Of a DNA stretch of 64,000 bases, positions 45,368 through 54,563 are shown piece by piece; positions within the stretch are counted from its first letter, which is position 1; each line of letters starts with the position of its first letter. The stretch lies in IMG/VR virus record IMGVR_UViG_3300032332_002377, one strand, 5' to 3'. The position numbers and the translations under genes were made by a program. Source of the stretch: a virus. Lineage: Duplodnaviria > Caudoviricetes. Below the pieces are notes generated by a model. That model was not told where the DNA came from and ran no database searches. It saw only the letters and a list, made by a program, of their open reading frames with translations.

Positions 45368-46240
45368 ATGAATGTTATACTGTTTAATCTGTTTGATTTG
45401 CCTGACTATATACGCACCTGTATCAAACAAATACTTTTTACAAATCCTGAATGTACAATCTACCTAATTACAGATAAAAACATTGTAAATGAAAAGGTAA
45501 AATGCCTTAATATTAATACTTTCAGTACAACGAACGATCTTTTTAATAATTTTAAATTCTTTAGAAATAATACCGTTAAACATCATTTTGAACTTTTCAC
45601 ATCTTCTGCTTTTAGATTTTTATTTATAGAAGAGCTTTGCCGTAATTATAAATTAGAAAATATATTCACATTTGATAATGATGTCTTAATATACGGTAAG
45701 CTTGAAGACTTTTTAGCTAAAATAGACCCAGAGTATGAAGTAGCTATTACACAAAGCGTTAAACACGAATATATATGCGGGTTTAATTATTATAAAAATT
45801 ATAATAGCCTAGTACCGATAGCTGGTGATTTTAAAGCATTATTAAACTTTAACGAAAACACTCTTAAAGAAATGTTTGGTAAAAAATTTAAAGCATCATT
45901 TGTTTCAGAAATGTCACTTTTATATTATATTTTAGAACAGAGAAAAATTAATACACTTATCTTGCCATCATTCCCTGAGAAAAATAACTTCAATTGTATT
46001 TTTGATCCAATCACATACGGTCAAACTTTAGGTGGTCGTAGCCCTGCATTGATTTCTAATGAAGAATCTTTTATAGATACAAATCACTTGCTAGGTGAAA
46101 ACTTGATTAATCAAGATATTCAAGTCAAATTTGAAAATAAAGCTCCATATGTTTTAAATAAAAAAACCAATGAATGTATGCCACTTTTTAACTTGCATGT
46201 TCACAGTAAAAAGCTAGACAAATTCAAAAGCTATGAATAA
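45368..46240 (+). CDS. putative glycosyltransferase
   Basis: RFLFI, DNDVLIY (DxD), SEM, FDP..YGQ.LGG, NLHVHSK. Confidence 0.55.
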   Translation: MNVILFNLFDLPDYIRTCIKQILFTNPECTIYLITDKNIVNEKVKCLNINTFSTTNDLFNNFKFFRNNTVKHHFELFTSSAFRFLFIEELCRNYKLENIFTFDNDVLIYGKLEDFLAKIDPEYEVAITQSVKHEYICGFNYYKNYNSLVPIAGDFKALLNFNENTLKEMFGKKFKASFVSEMSLLYYILEQRKINTLILPSFPEKNNFNCIFDPITYGQTLGGRSPALISNEESFIDTNHLLGENLINQDIQVKFENKAPYVLNKKTNECMPLFNLHVHSKKLDKFKSYE

Positions 46241-46922
46241 TGATAAATGTGTTGTTAGTTTTGCAAAAGGGCACAATTTTTTAAAAGGCTTAACACGCCT
46301 TAACGAGAAATGTAATCAATTAGAAATACCGTTTTTTGGCTTTACAGAATATCCTGAAGGGTGCCCAGAGCATAAAGACTCTCCATTCGCATTCAAGTTT
46401 TTCTGTATTAATGAAATAAAAAACAGAGGATTTAAAAATATAATCTGGCTAGATAGTTCAGTTGTTATAAAGTACAATCTTGATGATATATACAGTCACA
46501 TGGAGAGAGACGGGTATTTTTTTATTAAAAACTGGCATAGTGTTGGTGACTACTGTCACGATAAAGCACTTAATACACTAAAAATTACAAGAGAACATTC
46601 CTTTAAAATTGCATGTATGCAGGGAACAAATTTTGGATTAAATTTTAATTTTAATTTCTGTCATAATTTCCTTTCAGAAATAATGAGATTGAGTCTTGAT
46701 AATATAACATTTCCTGGGCCATATACAAACACCAATAATATGGCTTCTAGAGACAGTCGTGTGCTTGGTCACCGTCACGACCAAATAGCAATGTCTATTG
46801 TCGCTTTGCGCAACAATATGAACAAATGGTTTACATGTGAAGAGCATCCATGGTTTATTCATGATAGAGATTTTGTAAAAAATACTAACAGTACTGTTAC
46901 CGACGTCGTGATGTGTGAGTGA
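46233..46922 (+). CDS. putative glycosyltransferase (GT-A, HRHDQ type)
   Basis: FAFK, IWLDSS, GHRHDQ. Confidence 0.6.
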   Translation: MNNDKCVVSFAKGHNFLKGLTRLNEKCNQLEIPFFGFTEYPEGCPEHKDSPFAFKFFCINEIKNRGFKNIIWLDSSVVIKYNLDDIYSHMERDGYFFIKNWHSVGDYCHDKALNTLKITREHSFKIACMQGTNFGLNFNFNFCHNFLSEIMRLSLDNITFPGPYTNTNNMASRDSRVLGHRHDQIAMSIVALRNNMNKWFTCEEHPWFIHDRDFVKNTNSTVTDVVMCE

Positions 46923-46925
46923 ATA

Positions 46926-47789
46926 ATGAAAATTAATTCTAACTACTACTGGAAAGAAGAAGAATTCTTAACAGGCGATAATATAGAACAACTAGGTGAT
47001 TTTATTTTTGATGTAGAAAATTTTTTAATTGGTGATCACGGAAGGACAAAGTTAGATATTCCAGAAAATATATTAATTGAGAATCAAATAAAAAGTATAA
47101 ACGAAAAAGAACCTAAAACAATTTATTGCTACGGTCATGACACGAAGCGGTTTTTACTGCACTTAGATAAAATAAAGCAACCCTTTAAGCTCATAACACA
47201 CAATTCAGATGTAGGTATTCTAGAAGAATTTTTACCATTTTTAAATGATAGAAAAATAATAAAATGGTTTGGACAAAACAACGCATTAAATCACCCCAAA
47301 ACTGTTTCAATTCCTATTGCAATTGCTAGAAAAGAATATCCACATGGCAATCTTGCAGTTATAAGCGAGTGTACCAAAAACAATACTAAGGAATTCTTAG
47401 TTTATAAAAACTTTATTGCCGCTACAAATATTACTGAACGTACTATGGTTGACAGAATTACTGCTGAAAACGGTATTCCTGCATCATCATTTACAACATT
47501 TCCAGCTTACCTCAACACACTTTCCAAATCTATCTTTACCATCTCACCACCTGGCAATGGCATTGATTGTCATAGAATATGGGAAAGCCTTTATTTAAAA
47601 ACAATCCCCATTGTAAAGTATCATCATCAATTGGAAGCATTTAAAGATTTTCCTATTTTGTTTATAGATGACTGGAATAAAATTACAATTGACTTCTTAA
47701 AGTCTAATGTAAATAAAATAAATGTATTTGAAAATAAATTATCAAAATTATCCTTTAACTATTGGAAAGATTTAATACAAGAATTATGA
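46926..47789 (+). CDS. exostosin/GT47-like glycosyltransferase
   Basis: LITHNSD, WFGQN, SPPGNGIDCHRIWESLYL..IPIV. Confidence 0.7.
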   Translation: MKINSNYYWKEEEFLTGDNIEQLGDFIFDVENFLIGDHGRTKLDIPENILIENQIKSINEKEPKTIYCYGHDTKRFLLHLDKIKQPFKLITHNSDVGILEEFLPFLNDRKIIKWFGQNNALNHPKTVSIPIAIARKEYPHGNLAVISECTKNNTKEFLVYKNFIAATNITERTMVDRITAENGIPASSFTTFPAYLNTLSKSIFTISPPGNGIDCHRIWESLYLKTIPIVKYHHQLEAFKDFPILFIDDWNKITIDFLKSNVNKINVFENKLSKLSFNYWKDLIQEL

Positions 47790-48631
47790 AGAAATATTTA
47801 GTGACATTTCTAAATTATAATAACGATTATAATACTGATGAAGACAGAGAAAGGTTGGTGCTTTTTAAAAAATACAATTCTGAACGAAATAAAAAATATT
47901 GCTTAAAACACGGATTTGAATATATTGAAGCAGATGAAACTGTATATAAGATTCCACATCTGTTTAAAATTGAAGGCATGCCTGAGTTTAATATGAAGCA
48001 AAATAATCATTTTGCGAGGTGGAAATTTTTTAGAGATAATATTGATAACGGTAATTTCAAAGAAGGCGATATTATTAACCACCATGACGCCGATGTTTTT
48101 ATAGTTGATACAGAGAAAACTATGATTACAAATAAAAGCTTTACATATGCAATTGATTCCGGTAACACACATTGTTTTGGTGTTTTTTCTCTCAAAGTTA
48201 ATGATTTTGGCAATAAACTTATAGATTTAATGTTGAGTAAGGAACGATTTGATAAATTAACAAAATTAAAATTTTATAAAGAGAATGAAGGCGGTGAAGT
48301 ATTTTTTTATTGGGGTGATCAACAGGCATACTACATTGCGTGTGGATTAAAATGCCATAGTTGGGTACCGTTCTTTTATTTGCCTAATAATGGCTTCTTT
48401 TCATACCCCTCAGAGCATGTTGCCTTTACTCTTGATGAATTGGAAAAAAATGTTGAAATAATGCCTGTTGAATACAATACAACACATTTATTAGAGGAAT
48501 CTGGCAGAAATGGTAGAAGAGATGATTATGATATTGTACATACTACAAAAGACAGAGTAATATTTAGACATTTTGCAGGTGGTCAATTATGGAGGTTTGA
48601 GCAATACTCAAGAGAATTTCCTTTTAAATAA
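47786..48631 (+). CDS. GT34-like glycosyltransferase
   Basis: N.KKYC.KHG, DAD, DQQA, YN, RHFAG. Confidence 0.65.
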   Translation: MKKYLVTFLNYNNDYNTDEDRERLVLFKKYNSERNKKYCLKHGFEYIEADETVYKIPHLFKIEGMPEFNMKQNNHFARWKFFRDNIDNGNFKEGDIINHHDADVFIVDTEKTMITNKSFTYAIDSGNTHCFGVFSLKVNDFGNKLIDLMLSKERFDKLTKLKFYKENEGGEVFFYWGDQQAYYIACGLKCHSWVPFFYLPNNGFFSYPSEHVAFTLDELEKNVEIMPVEYNTTHLLEESGRNGRRDDYDIVHTTKDRVIFRHFAGGQLWRFEQYSREFPFK

Positions 48632-48632
48632 A

Positions 48633-49277
48633 ATGAATAAAAAAGTATATATTGAAGCAGGAGCAGTAGACGGCGATTTTCAATCTCGCTCTCTCTGCTT
48701 TAAAAATAATCCTGATTATTTTGGTATTTTGATTGAACCAGATATAAGGTGCATTGATAGCCTAAAGAGAAATAGGCAAAATGAAAATACACTTATAATT
48801 AATGCAGCACTAGTTCCCTTCTCTTATACAGAAAACGATATAGCTATACACCTGCACAGCTTACCTGCTTGTAACAGTACAAGCTTATGCAAAGAAGAAA
48901 GAAAAACTGATCAATGGAACAGCTTTGTACAAACAGTAAAAGTCAAAGCATTAACACTTCAATCTATTTTAGATGAAAACAAAATTATAGAAATTGAAAA
49001 TCTTTTTCTCGATACAGAAGGGTTTGAAGAAGAGATAATTAACGGTATAGACCACACACGTGTAAAAATTAATAATGCTGAAATTGAGATGCACGGGACA
49101 ATTTGGCCGGAGCATTTAAAACAAGGCGTAAATACATTCGTACCTCTGATGAAAGATAGGTTTGGTTTGAATTTAACCAACATAATTCATGAGGGCTGCC
49201 CCAAGCTTGTCTTCAGCCATGAATTATCACAACACAGCTCTGAATACTTTATTAAGATAAAATACAATGATTCATGA
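48633..49277 (+). CDS. FkbM-family methyltransferase
   Basis: YIEAGAVDG, GILIEP, TLQSILD, LDTEGFE. Confidence 0.8.
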   Translation: MNKKVYIEAGAVDGDFQSRSLCFKNNPDYFGILIEPDIRCIDSLKRNRQNENTLIINAALVPFSYTENDIAIHLHSLPACNSTSLCKEERKTDQWNSFVQTVKVKALTLQSILDENKIIEIENLFLDTEGFEEEIINGIDHTRVKINNAEIEMHGTIWPEHLKQGVNTFVPLMKDRFGLNLTNIIHEGCPKLVFSHELSQHSSEYFIKIKYNDS

Positions 49278-49926
49278 TATAGCAGATATTATTAATAAAT
49301 GGAAGCATGGTAGTATTAAAAAATACGAAGATACAACACTTTGTACTATATTAAAGCAATATGGAAGTGATAAAAAAGATCTCAAGATACAGGATGGTCA
49401 TAATTATTCTAATTTATATTTTGAAATTTTTACCCCAATAAAGCATCTTCAATTGAACATTCTAGAATTAGGTATGGGTACTAATAACCCTAATATTCCT
49501 TCTACTATGGGTATAAACGGAAACCCCGGTGCATCATTATTTGCGTGGGAACATTTTTTTCCAAACTCAAATATTTTTGGTGCAGATATAGATAAAGATA
49601 TTTTATTTAATAAAGGAAGAATTAAAACGTTTTATTGTGATCAAACAGATGCTGATAGTGTTAACAAGTTATGGGATTCTATAAACCAGCAAATGCATAT
49701 TATTATAGAAGACGGTCTACATGAATATGAAGCAAACATTTGTTTTCTAGAAAATTCCCTACCTAATCTAGCAAGCACAGGAATTTATTTTGCAGAAGAT
49801 CTCCCCTCCAATGCACCTGAGGGACTTAGTCTGTTGAGAGAAAATTTTATGAAAAAATATAATCTTCAAACATTTGAAGTTATTCAAATGAATAAATCAC
49901 CATTACTTATAATACAAAAAAAATAA
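49267..49926 (+). CDS. class I SAM-dependent (sugar O-)methyltransferase
   Basis: GSDK..HNY, LELG.G, GADID, DQTD, IIEDGLH, ED. Confidence 0.75.
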   Translation: MIHDIADIINKWKHGSIKKYEDTTLCTILKQYGSDKKDLKIQDGHNYSNLYFEIFTPIKHLQLNILELGMGTNNPNIPSTMGINGNPGASLFAWEHFFPNSNIFGADIDKDILFNKGRIKTFYCDQTDADSVNKLWDSINQQMHIIIEDGLHEYEANICFLENSLPNLASTGIYFAEDLPSNAPEGLSLLRENFMKKYNLQTFEVIQMNKSPLLIIQKK

Positions 49927-49927
49927 A

Positions 49928-50698
49928 ATGAAAATAGAAGAAATTACAATTTGCTTACACTGTGGTTGCTCTAAAGATGTGGTTGCTAGACAGATGTCTT
50001 TATTAAAACCTCTAGAAGATAAAATTAAAGTCATATGGAATAATAGAATAGATAGATTCCCATACGCATACCCTTCTTACTCACAGCTCATTAACCATTC
50101 AATAGCCACAAGCCCTACAGAATTCATTTTATTGCTTAATGATAGAACAATACCTACAGTAGCCGAAGTTGAGAAAATTATCAATCATCTTGAAACTGGG
50201 TTTTGTTGTTCATTCATTTATAATGTTGGTTTCATGGGGTTTTCAAAGGAATTAGTTCGCACTATAGGATGGTGGGATGAAAGATTCTTAAATGGTGGGT
50301 GGGAAGATAGAGATTGGGTGTATAGAATTAGAATGGCTGATTTAGCGTTATATGAAAGTCTAGAAGGTACATATGAAACTCACTGGAAATCACCTTTACA
50401 AATTGCAGATTGCTGCGCAAAATCCACACCCTTTTGGAATGCAAAATATGATCAGGGCCCAAAAAGCGATGATTGGGACAGTGGCAGCGGTCCTATTATT
50501 TATAAAAAAATAAAAGAAGAAACATACCCACACTGGAATAATACACTAGGAGCTCCTAGACCTGATATAAGAGACTCTTGGAAAAAATGGAGTGACTCCG
50601 TTCTTAATATACGCTATGCAGGTACAGAGAATCCCAATGGTGGCCCTTCTGCCTCTGGAATGATAAGAGACAGAGCTATAATAGAAAAATATGAGTAA
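49928..50698 (+). CDS. GT2/GT7C-like glycosyltransferase
   Basis: LLND, IGWWDERF..GGWEDRD. Confidence 0.65.
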   Translation: MKIEEITICLHCGCSKDVVARQMSLLKPLEDKIKVIWNNRIDRFPYAYPSYSQLINHSIATSPTEFILLLNDRTIPTVAEVEKIINHLETGFCCSFIYNVGFMGFSKELVRTIGWWDERFLNGGWEDRDWVYRIRMADLALYESLEGTYETHWKSPLQIADCCAKSTPFWNAKYDQGPKSDDWDSGSGPIIYKKIKEETYPHWNNTLGAPRPDIRDSWKKWSDSVLNIRYAGTENPNGGPSASGMIRDRAIIEKYE

Positions 50699-51641
50699 GA
50701 GAGTATTAATAACAGGTGGATGTGGATTCTTAGGCACCTATGCTATAGAGAAGTATAAAAAAGAAAATTATGATGTAACAGTTATAGATAACTTTATTTC
50801 CGCAGCTGTACGTAACAGCGATTCAGTTTTAAACGGTGTGGAGTTGGTTCAAGATGATGTTTTAAATTATAAGTGGTCAACAAAGAAATATGATCTTATA
50901 GTTCATCTCGCTAGCCCTGTAGGTCCTGCTGGGATCTTAAAGCACGCTGGTAAAATGGCTAACTACATACTCAATGATATTTACTGGGCTATAGAAGGCG
51001 CAAAAATAAACAAATGCCCTGTAATCTTTATAAGCACCTCAGAGATTTATGGTTATAGAGAAACACCAGTAGAGCTAGTAGAGGATGATCATAAATTGCT
51101 TGTTGGGTCTTTTAAAGTAAGAAATGAATATAGTATCTCAAAATTATTAGCTGAAATTGTTTTGAGCAATACTGCTAAAGTAGAAAAGATTAATTACCAG
51201 ATAATTAGACCGTTTAATATTAGCGGTGCAAGGCAACTTAAAGATGGTGGATTTGTTCTGCCTACTTTTGTAACTCAAGCGCTTAGTAATAAGGACATTA
51301 CAGTCTTTGGCGATGGGTCTCAGGTTCGCGCTTTTACTCATGCTAAAGATATTATAGAAGGAATGTACTTAACGAGCATCACTGATAAAATGAATGAAAT
51401 ATGGAATATAGGAAATTCAGAAAATAAATGTACTATAATGGAAATGGCGAAAATGGCCAAGCAAATGACCAATTCTCTTTCTAAAATTACCTGTGTTGAT
51501 CCAAAAACAATTCACGGTCCTCTTTATGAAGAAGCATGGGATAAAATTCCTAATGCTAACAAAATTAAAACATTACTTGGATGGCAACCAAAATACAATA
51601 TTGATTACATCGTAAATGATGTTATAAATTACTATAAATGA
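50691..51641 (+). CDS. NAD-dependent epimerase/dehydratase (UDP-glucuronate decarboxylase-like)
   Basis: TGGCGFLG, HLASP, STSEIYG, YSISK, RPFN, GDGSQVRAF. Confidence 0.85.
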   Translation: MSKRVLITGGCGFLGTYAIEKYKKENYDVTVIDNFISAAVRNSDSVLNGVELVQDDVLNYKWSTKKYDLIVHLASPVGPAGILKHAGKMANYILNDIYWAIEGAKINKCPVIFISTSEIYGYRETPVELVEDDHKLLVGSFKVRNEYSISKLLAEIVLSNTAKVEKINYQIIRPFNISGARQLKDGGFVLPTFVTQALSNKDITVFGDGSQVRAFTHAKDIIEGMYLTSITDKMNEIWNIGNSENKCTIMEMAKMAKQMTNSLSKITCVDPKTIHGPLYEEAWDKIPNANKIKTLLGWQPKYNIDYIVNDVINYYK

Positions 51642-52369
51642 AAAAAATTGGTATTATAGGCTACGGTGAAATAGGCTCATCCCTTGAAAAAGTATATTTG
51701 GGCAAAGAATTTGATATACGCATACGTGATCTAAATAGAGACGATAATTTAAAAAGAGCAGAAGTACTTAACATATGTATCCCCTATAATAAAGAATTTG
51801 TTAGCAGTGTTACAAGCTACATAAAAGAACTTGACCCTAAGCTCACCATTATACACTCAACTATCGTACCAGGGACTACAGAAAAAATATCTTTACTTTC
51901 AGACTATAATTATATTGTGCACAGTCCTGTAAGAGGTGTACATCCAAAATTATACGAGGGGCTAAAAACATTTGTAAAATATATTGGTGCTGATAATACA
52001 GCTTCTAAAGATTTAATTTGCAATCATTATGATGAAATAGGTATAAAGTATGAAGTTTTTAAAAACTCAAAGTCTACTGAATTAGCAAAAATTCTCTGCA
52101 CTACTTACTACGGTCTTTGTATTGCTTGGCATGATGATGTCAACACATTATGTCAAAAATATGATGTGCCGTTTGAAGAAGTTATGACCAAGTGGAATAC
52201 AACCTATAATGAAGGTTATGAAAAACTCGGAATGAAGAATGTTACCAGACCTGTTTTATATCCTCCTGCAGGCAGAATAATTGGTGGTCATTGTGTTATT
52301 CCAAACACAAAACTTTGCATGGAATTTTTTGAGAGCTATGCTCTGGATTATATTTATAGATTAAAATAG
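51638..52369 (+). CDS. UDP-glucose/GDP-mannose dehydrogenase-family protein (short form)
   Basis: GYGEIG, HST..PGTT, HSP.R, ELAK, GGHC. Confidence 0.75.
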   Translation: MKKIGIIGYGEIGSSLEKVYLGKEFDIRIRDLNRDDNLKRAEVLNICIPYNKEFVSSVTSYIKELDPKLTIIHSTIVPGTTEKISLLSDYNYIVHSPVRGVHPKLYEGLKTFVKYIGADNTASKDLICNHYDEIGIKYEVFKNSKSTELAKILCTTYYGLCIAWHDDVNTLCQKYDVPFEEVMTKWNTTYNEGYEKLGMKNVTRPVLYPPAGRIIGGHCVIPNTKLCMEFFESYALDYIYRLK

Positions 52370-52403
52370 TTGAAAACTGTTAAACATCTACTATTATTAA
52401 AGC

Positions 52404-52988
52404 ATGATTATTAACCAAAAAGTTTACGACGGCAAGCTACTACATTCTCGTTTTGCATATACCTTTTTTCGCAATAAGACACTACCCATTGGTAATATTG
52501 TTGCATTTCGTGCACCTATGCATGTAGAAGCAGAAGGCATGATTGATAGTGAGGATGTGCTTAATAACGACTACATCTACAGTCAAGATGCAATAAATTT
52601 CTTGTGGGAAATACCTAATTTAGATGCATTTGGCGCTGTTGCATACCAGAGGCTCCTGAACACGCAGATTGCTAATATTCTTAGCACACAATATCTTAAA
52701 GCCCCTATTGAAGTTGATGGTGATGATCTAATTGTGCATAAAGAACATACACAAGGGGGTATTACTCAGACCAAAGGTAAATGCAGCGTTAGTATTACAT
52801 ATACTAAAAATAATGTCGCGCTTGGTCATACCGGTATTAATATTACTGCAGGTAAAAAGGCACCAGCATTTGCCTATTCAACTAATTTATCTGATGAACA
52901 AGCAATACAATTCATGAATACTGTTATAGAACTTTTCTATACAATGAATGATGATATCTTTATTGCTACATCAAAAGTAATTAGTTAG
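52404..52988 (+). CDS. DUF366-family protein (biotin/lipoate ligase-like fold)
   Basis: YDG..L...FAY, IVAF..P..V, MID.ED, YQRL, GDDL, KCSVSI, H.GINI. Confidence 0.7.
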   Translation: MIINQKVYDGKLLHSRFAYTFFRNKTLPIGNIVAFRAPMHVEAEGMIDSEDVLNNDYIYSQDAINFLWEIPNLDAFGAVAYQRLLNTQIANILSTQYLKAPIEVDGDDLIVHKEHTQGGITQTKGKCSVSITYTKNNVALGHTGINITAGKKAPAFAYSTNLSDEQAIQFMNTVIELFYTMNDDIFIATSKVIS

Positions 52989-53350
52989 TGAATATATTTG
53001 ATATTATTGCAGATATTCTCTTTCTCAAGAAAAGAAAGACAATTGCTAATATTGATAATGAAACTTCATTTTCACCTTTTATGCTTAATAGATGGATAAG
53101 CATGTACTCTAACACACTTGCTCTCAAATGTAACCTATTAAACAAATATATTGCTTTCAATAAGCAAACATCCTATAGCTTGTTTTATAACATCTTTGAC
53201 AAGGTAACCACTAAGAAAATTACATATTTTAAGAAGAAAAAAGAAGAAGCAGATGAAAATGATACTGTTCCGCTTTTTTCAAAAGCTTTAGAAATATCAC
53301 AGCGTGAAGTAAAATTATACTCTGAGCTATTGACTTCTATTAAATTGTAA
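52988..53350 (+). CDS. clamp loader small subunit (gp62-like)
   Basis: FDII..I...K, FSPFMLNRWISM, S.RE...Y. Confidence 0.7.
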   Translation: MNIFDIIADILFLKKRKTIANIDNETSFSPFMLNRWISMYSNTLALKCNLLNKYIAFNKQTSYSLFYNIFDKVTTKKITYFKKKKEEADENDTVPLFSKALEISQREVKLYSELLTSIKL

Positions 53351-53363
53351 TAAAATATAACAT

Positions 53364-53810
53364 ATGTCAGCTAATATTGATCTCCTGCCTACACAAAAAA
53401 GTTTAATTGATTTATCCGAATTGCCAAAAAATTCCTTTAACAGTATATTTTACGGCTTTAGTTTAAGACAACTCTTGGATGATGTTATGCTTGTTCGCTT
53501 TGTTGATGAAACAGAGGACGGTGCGAGTATTATACGCAACGGTATTGTTGTACCGGTTAATGTTGATACTAAAGCTTGGCGTATAGGTGAGGTAATTCTA
53601 GCAGGGCCCAATGTTAAGCACGCTAAAAAAGGCGATTATGTTTGCTTTCCAAATAATCTAGGCATACCGGTAGCCAATATAGCTGTTGATAATTATGGTA
53701 CTCTAAAGAAAGGTATCTTTTTAAATGAGCAGCGTATTTTTGGTATTTGTTCTGTTCTTGAAAGTAGCGACTCTGTAGCTTTTCATACAACGAAAAAAAC
53801 GAAAAAATAA
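53364..53810 (+). CDS. GroES-like co-chaperonin
   Basis: L.D..LV, GIVVP, GEVILAGP...KKGDYV, LNE..IFG. Confidence 0.8.
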   Translation: MSANIDLLPTQKSLIDLSELPKNSFNSIFYGFSLRQLLDDVMLVRFVDETEDGASIIRNGIVVPVNVDTKAWRIGEVILAGPNVKHAKKGDYVCFPNNLGIPVANIAVDNYGTLKKGIFLNEQRIFGICSVLESSDSVAFHTTKKTKK

Positions 53811-53813
53811 TGA

Positions 53814-54191
53814 ATGAAGGTGTCTTTATCAACCTTAAGAACAATTGTTCAGAATAATGTTGCAGAAATCAAGTTCTTTAGAAGAAGACCTAAACCAGGG
53901 TATCCACCCACAAGACGTATGTTATGCACTACAAGTTTTCCTTTGCTTAACAGTACAGAGGGTCGCTTGACTCTAAATTATAAGCCTACCTCTAGACCGC
54001 CTAGATTTAACCCTACACAAAAAGATTTATTGATAGTCTGGGATATTTTTATGCAAGATTATCGTTGTGTAAATGCAACTGCTTGTAATTTAATAGCAAC
54101 CATACCAGCTAATAAGGAATTTTGGAAATATTTTTCAACCAAACTCTTTAAACTAACACCACAACAAAAGATTGCATTTATGAACAGATGA
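53814..54191 (+). CDS. DUF2693/WYL_2-like SH3-fold protein
   Basis: EIKF.RR...RRMLCT...VWDI...DYR. Confidence 0.55.
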   Translation: MKVSLSTLRTIVQNNVAEIKFFRRRPKPGYPPTRRMLCTTSFPLLNSTEGRLTLNYKPTSRPPRFNPTQKDLLIVWDIFMQDYRCVNATACNLIATIPANKEFWKYFSTKLFKLTPQQKIAFMNR

Positions 54192-54535
54192 CAACAATAC
54201 TAAACATCACCTCTACTATAAATAAACATTTGCAAAAAAATGCAGAGTTTGTTATAGATAATAAAACAATAAAAACAGGAAGAATTTTGCTGTTTAGTGT
54301 TAAGGATTTCTTCTGTTCTTTTCTACTATTAAACGAAACAAAGAAAAAAAGATTTCTCTATGAAATACCATATCCATTTAGCTTCCAGGAAGGCGACAGT
54401 GAATTAATTTTTGATTATACTCTTAATACATTTACTCAAAATAACCCTGCCGTAAAAGACGATTTTTTAAAGTTTAGAAATAAAAAATCGTCTAAACTTT
54501 TTAATAAAAAAGTCAGATTAAAGATTTCTGTTTAA
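54188..54535 (+). CDS. hypothetical protein
   Basis: 115 aa; ATGA overlap. Confidence 0.55.
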   Translation: MTTILNITSTINKHLQKNAEFVIDNKTIKTGRILLFSVKDFFCSFLLLNETKKKRFLYEIPYPFSFQEGDSELIFDYTLNTFTQNNPAVKDDFLKFRNKKSSKLFNKKVRLKISV

Positions 54536-54563
54536 TTCTCGTAATTTGTAGTTATAATTAGTC

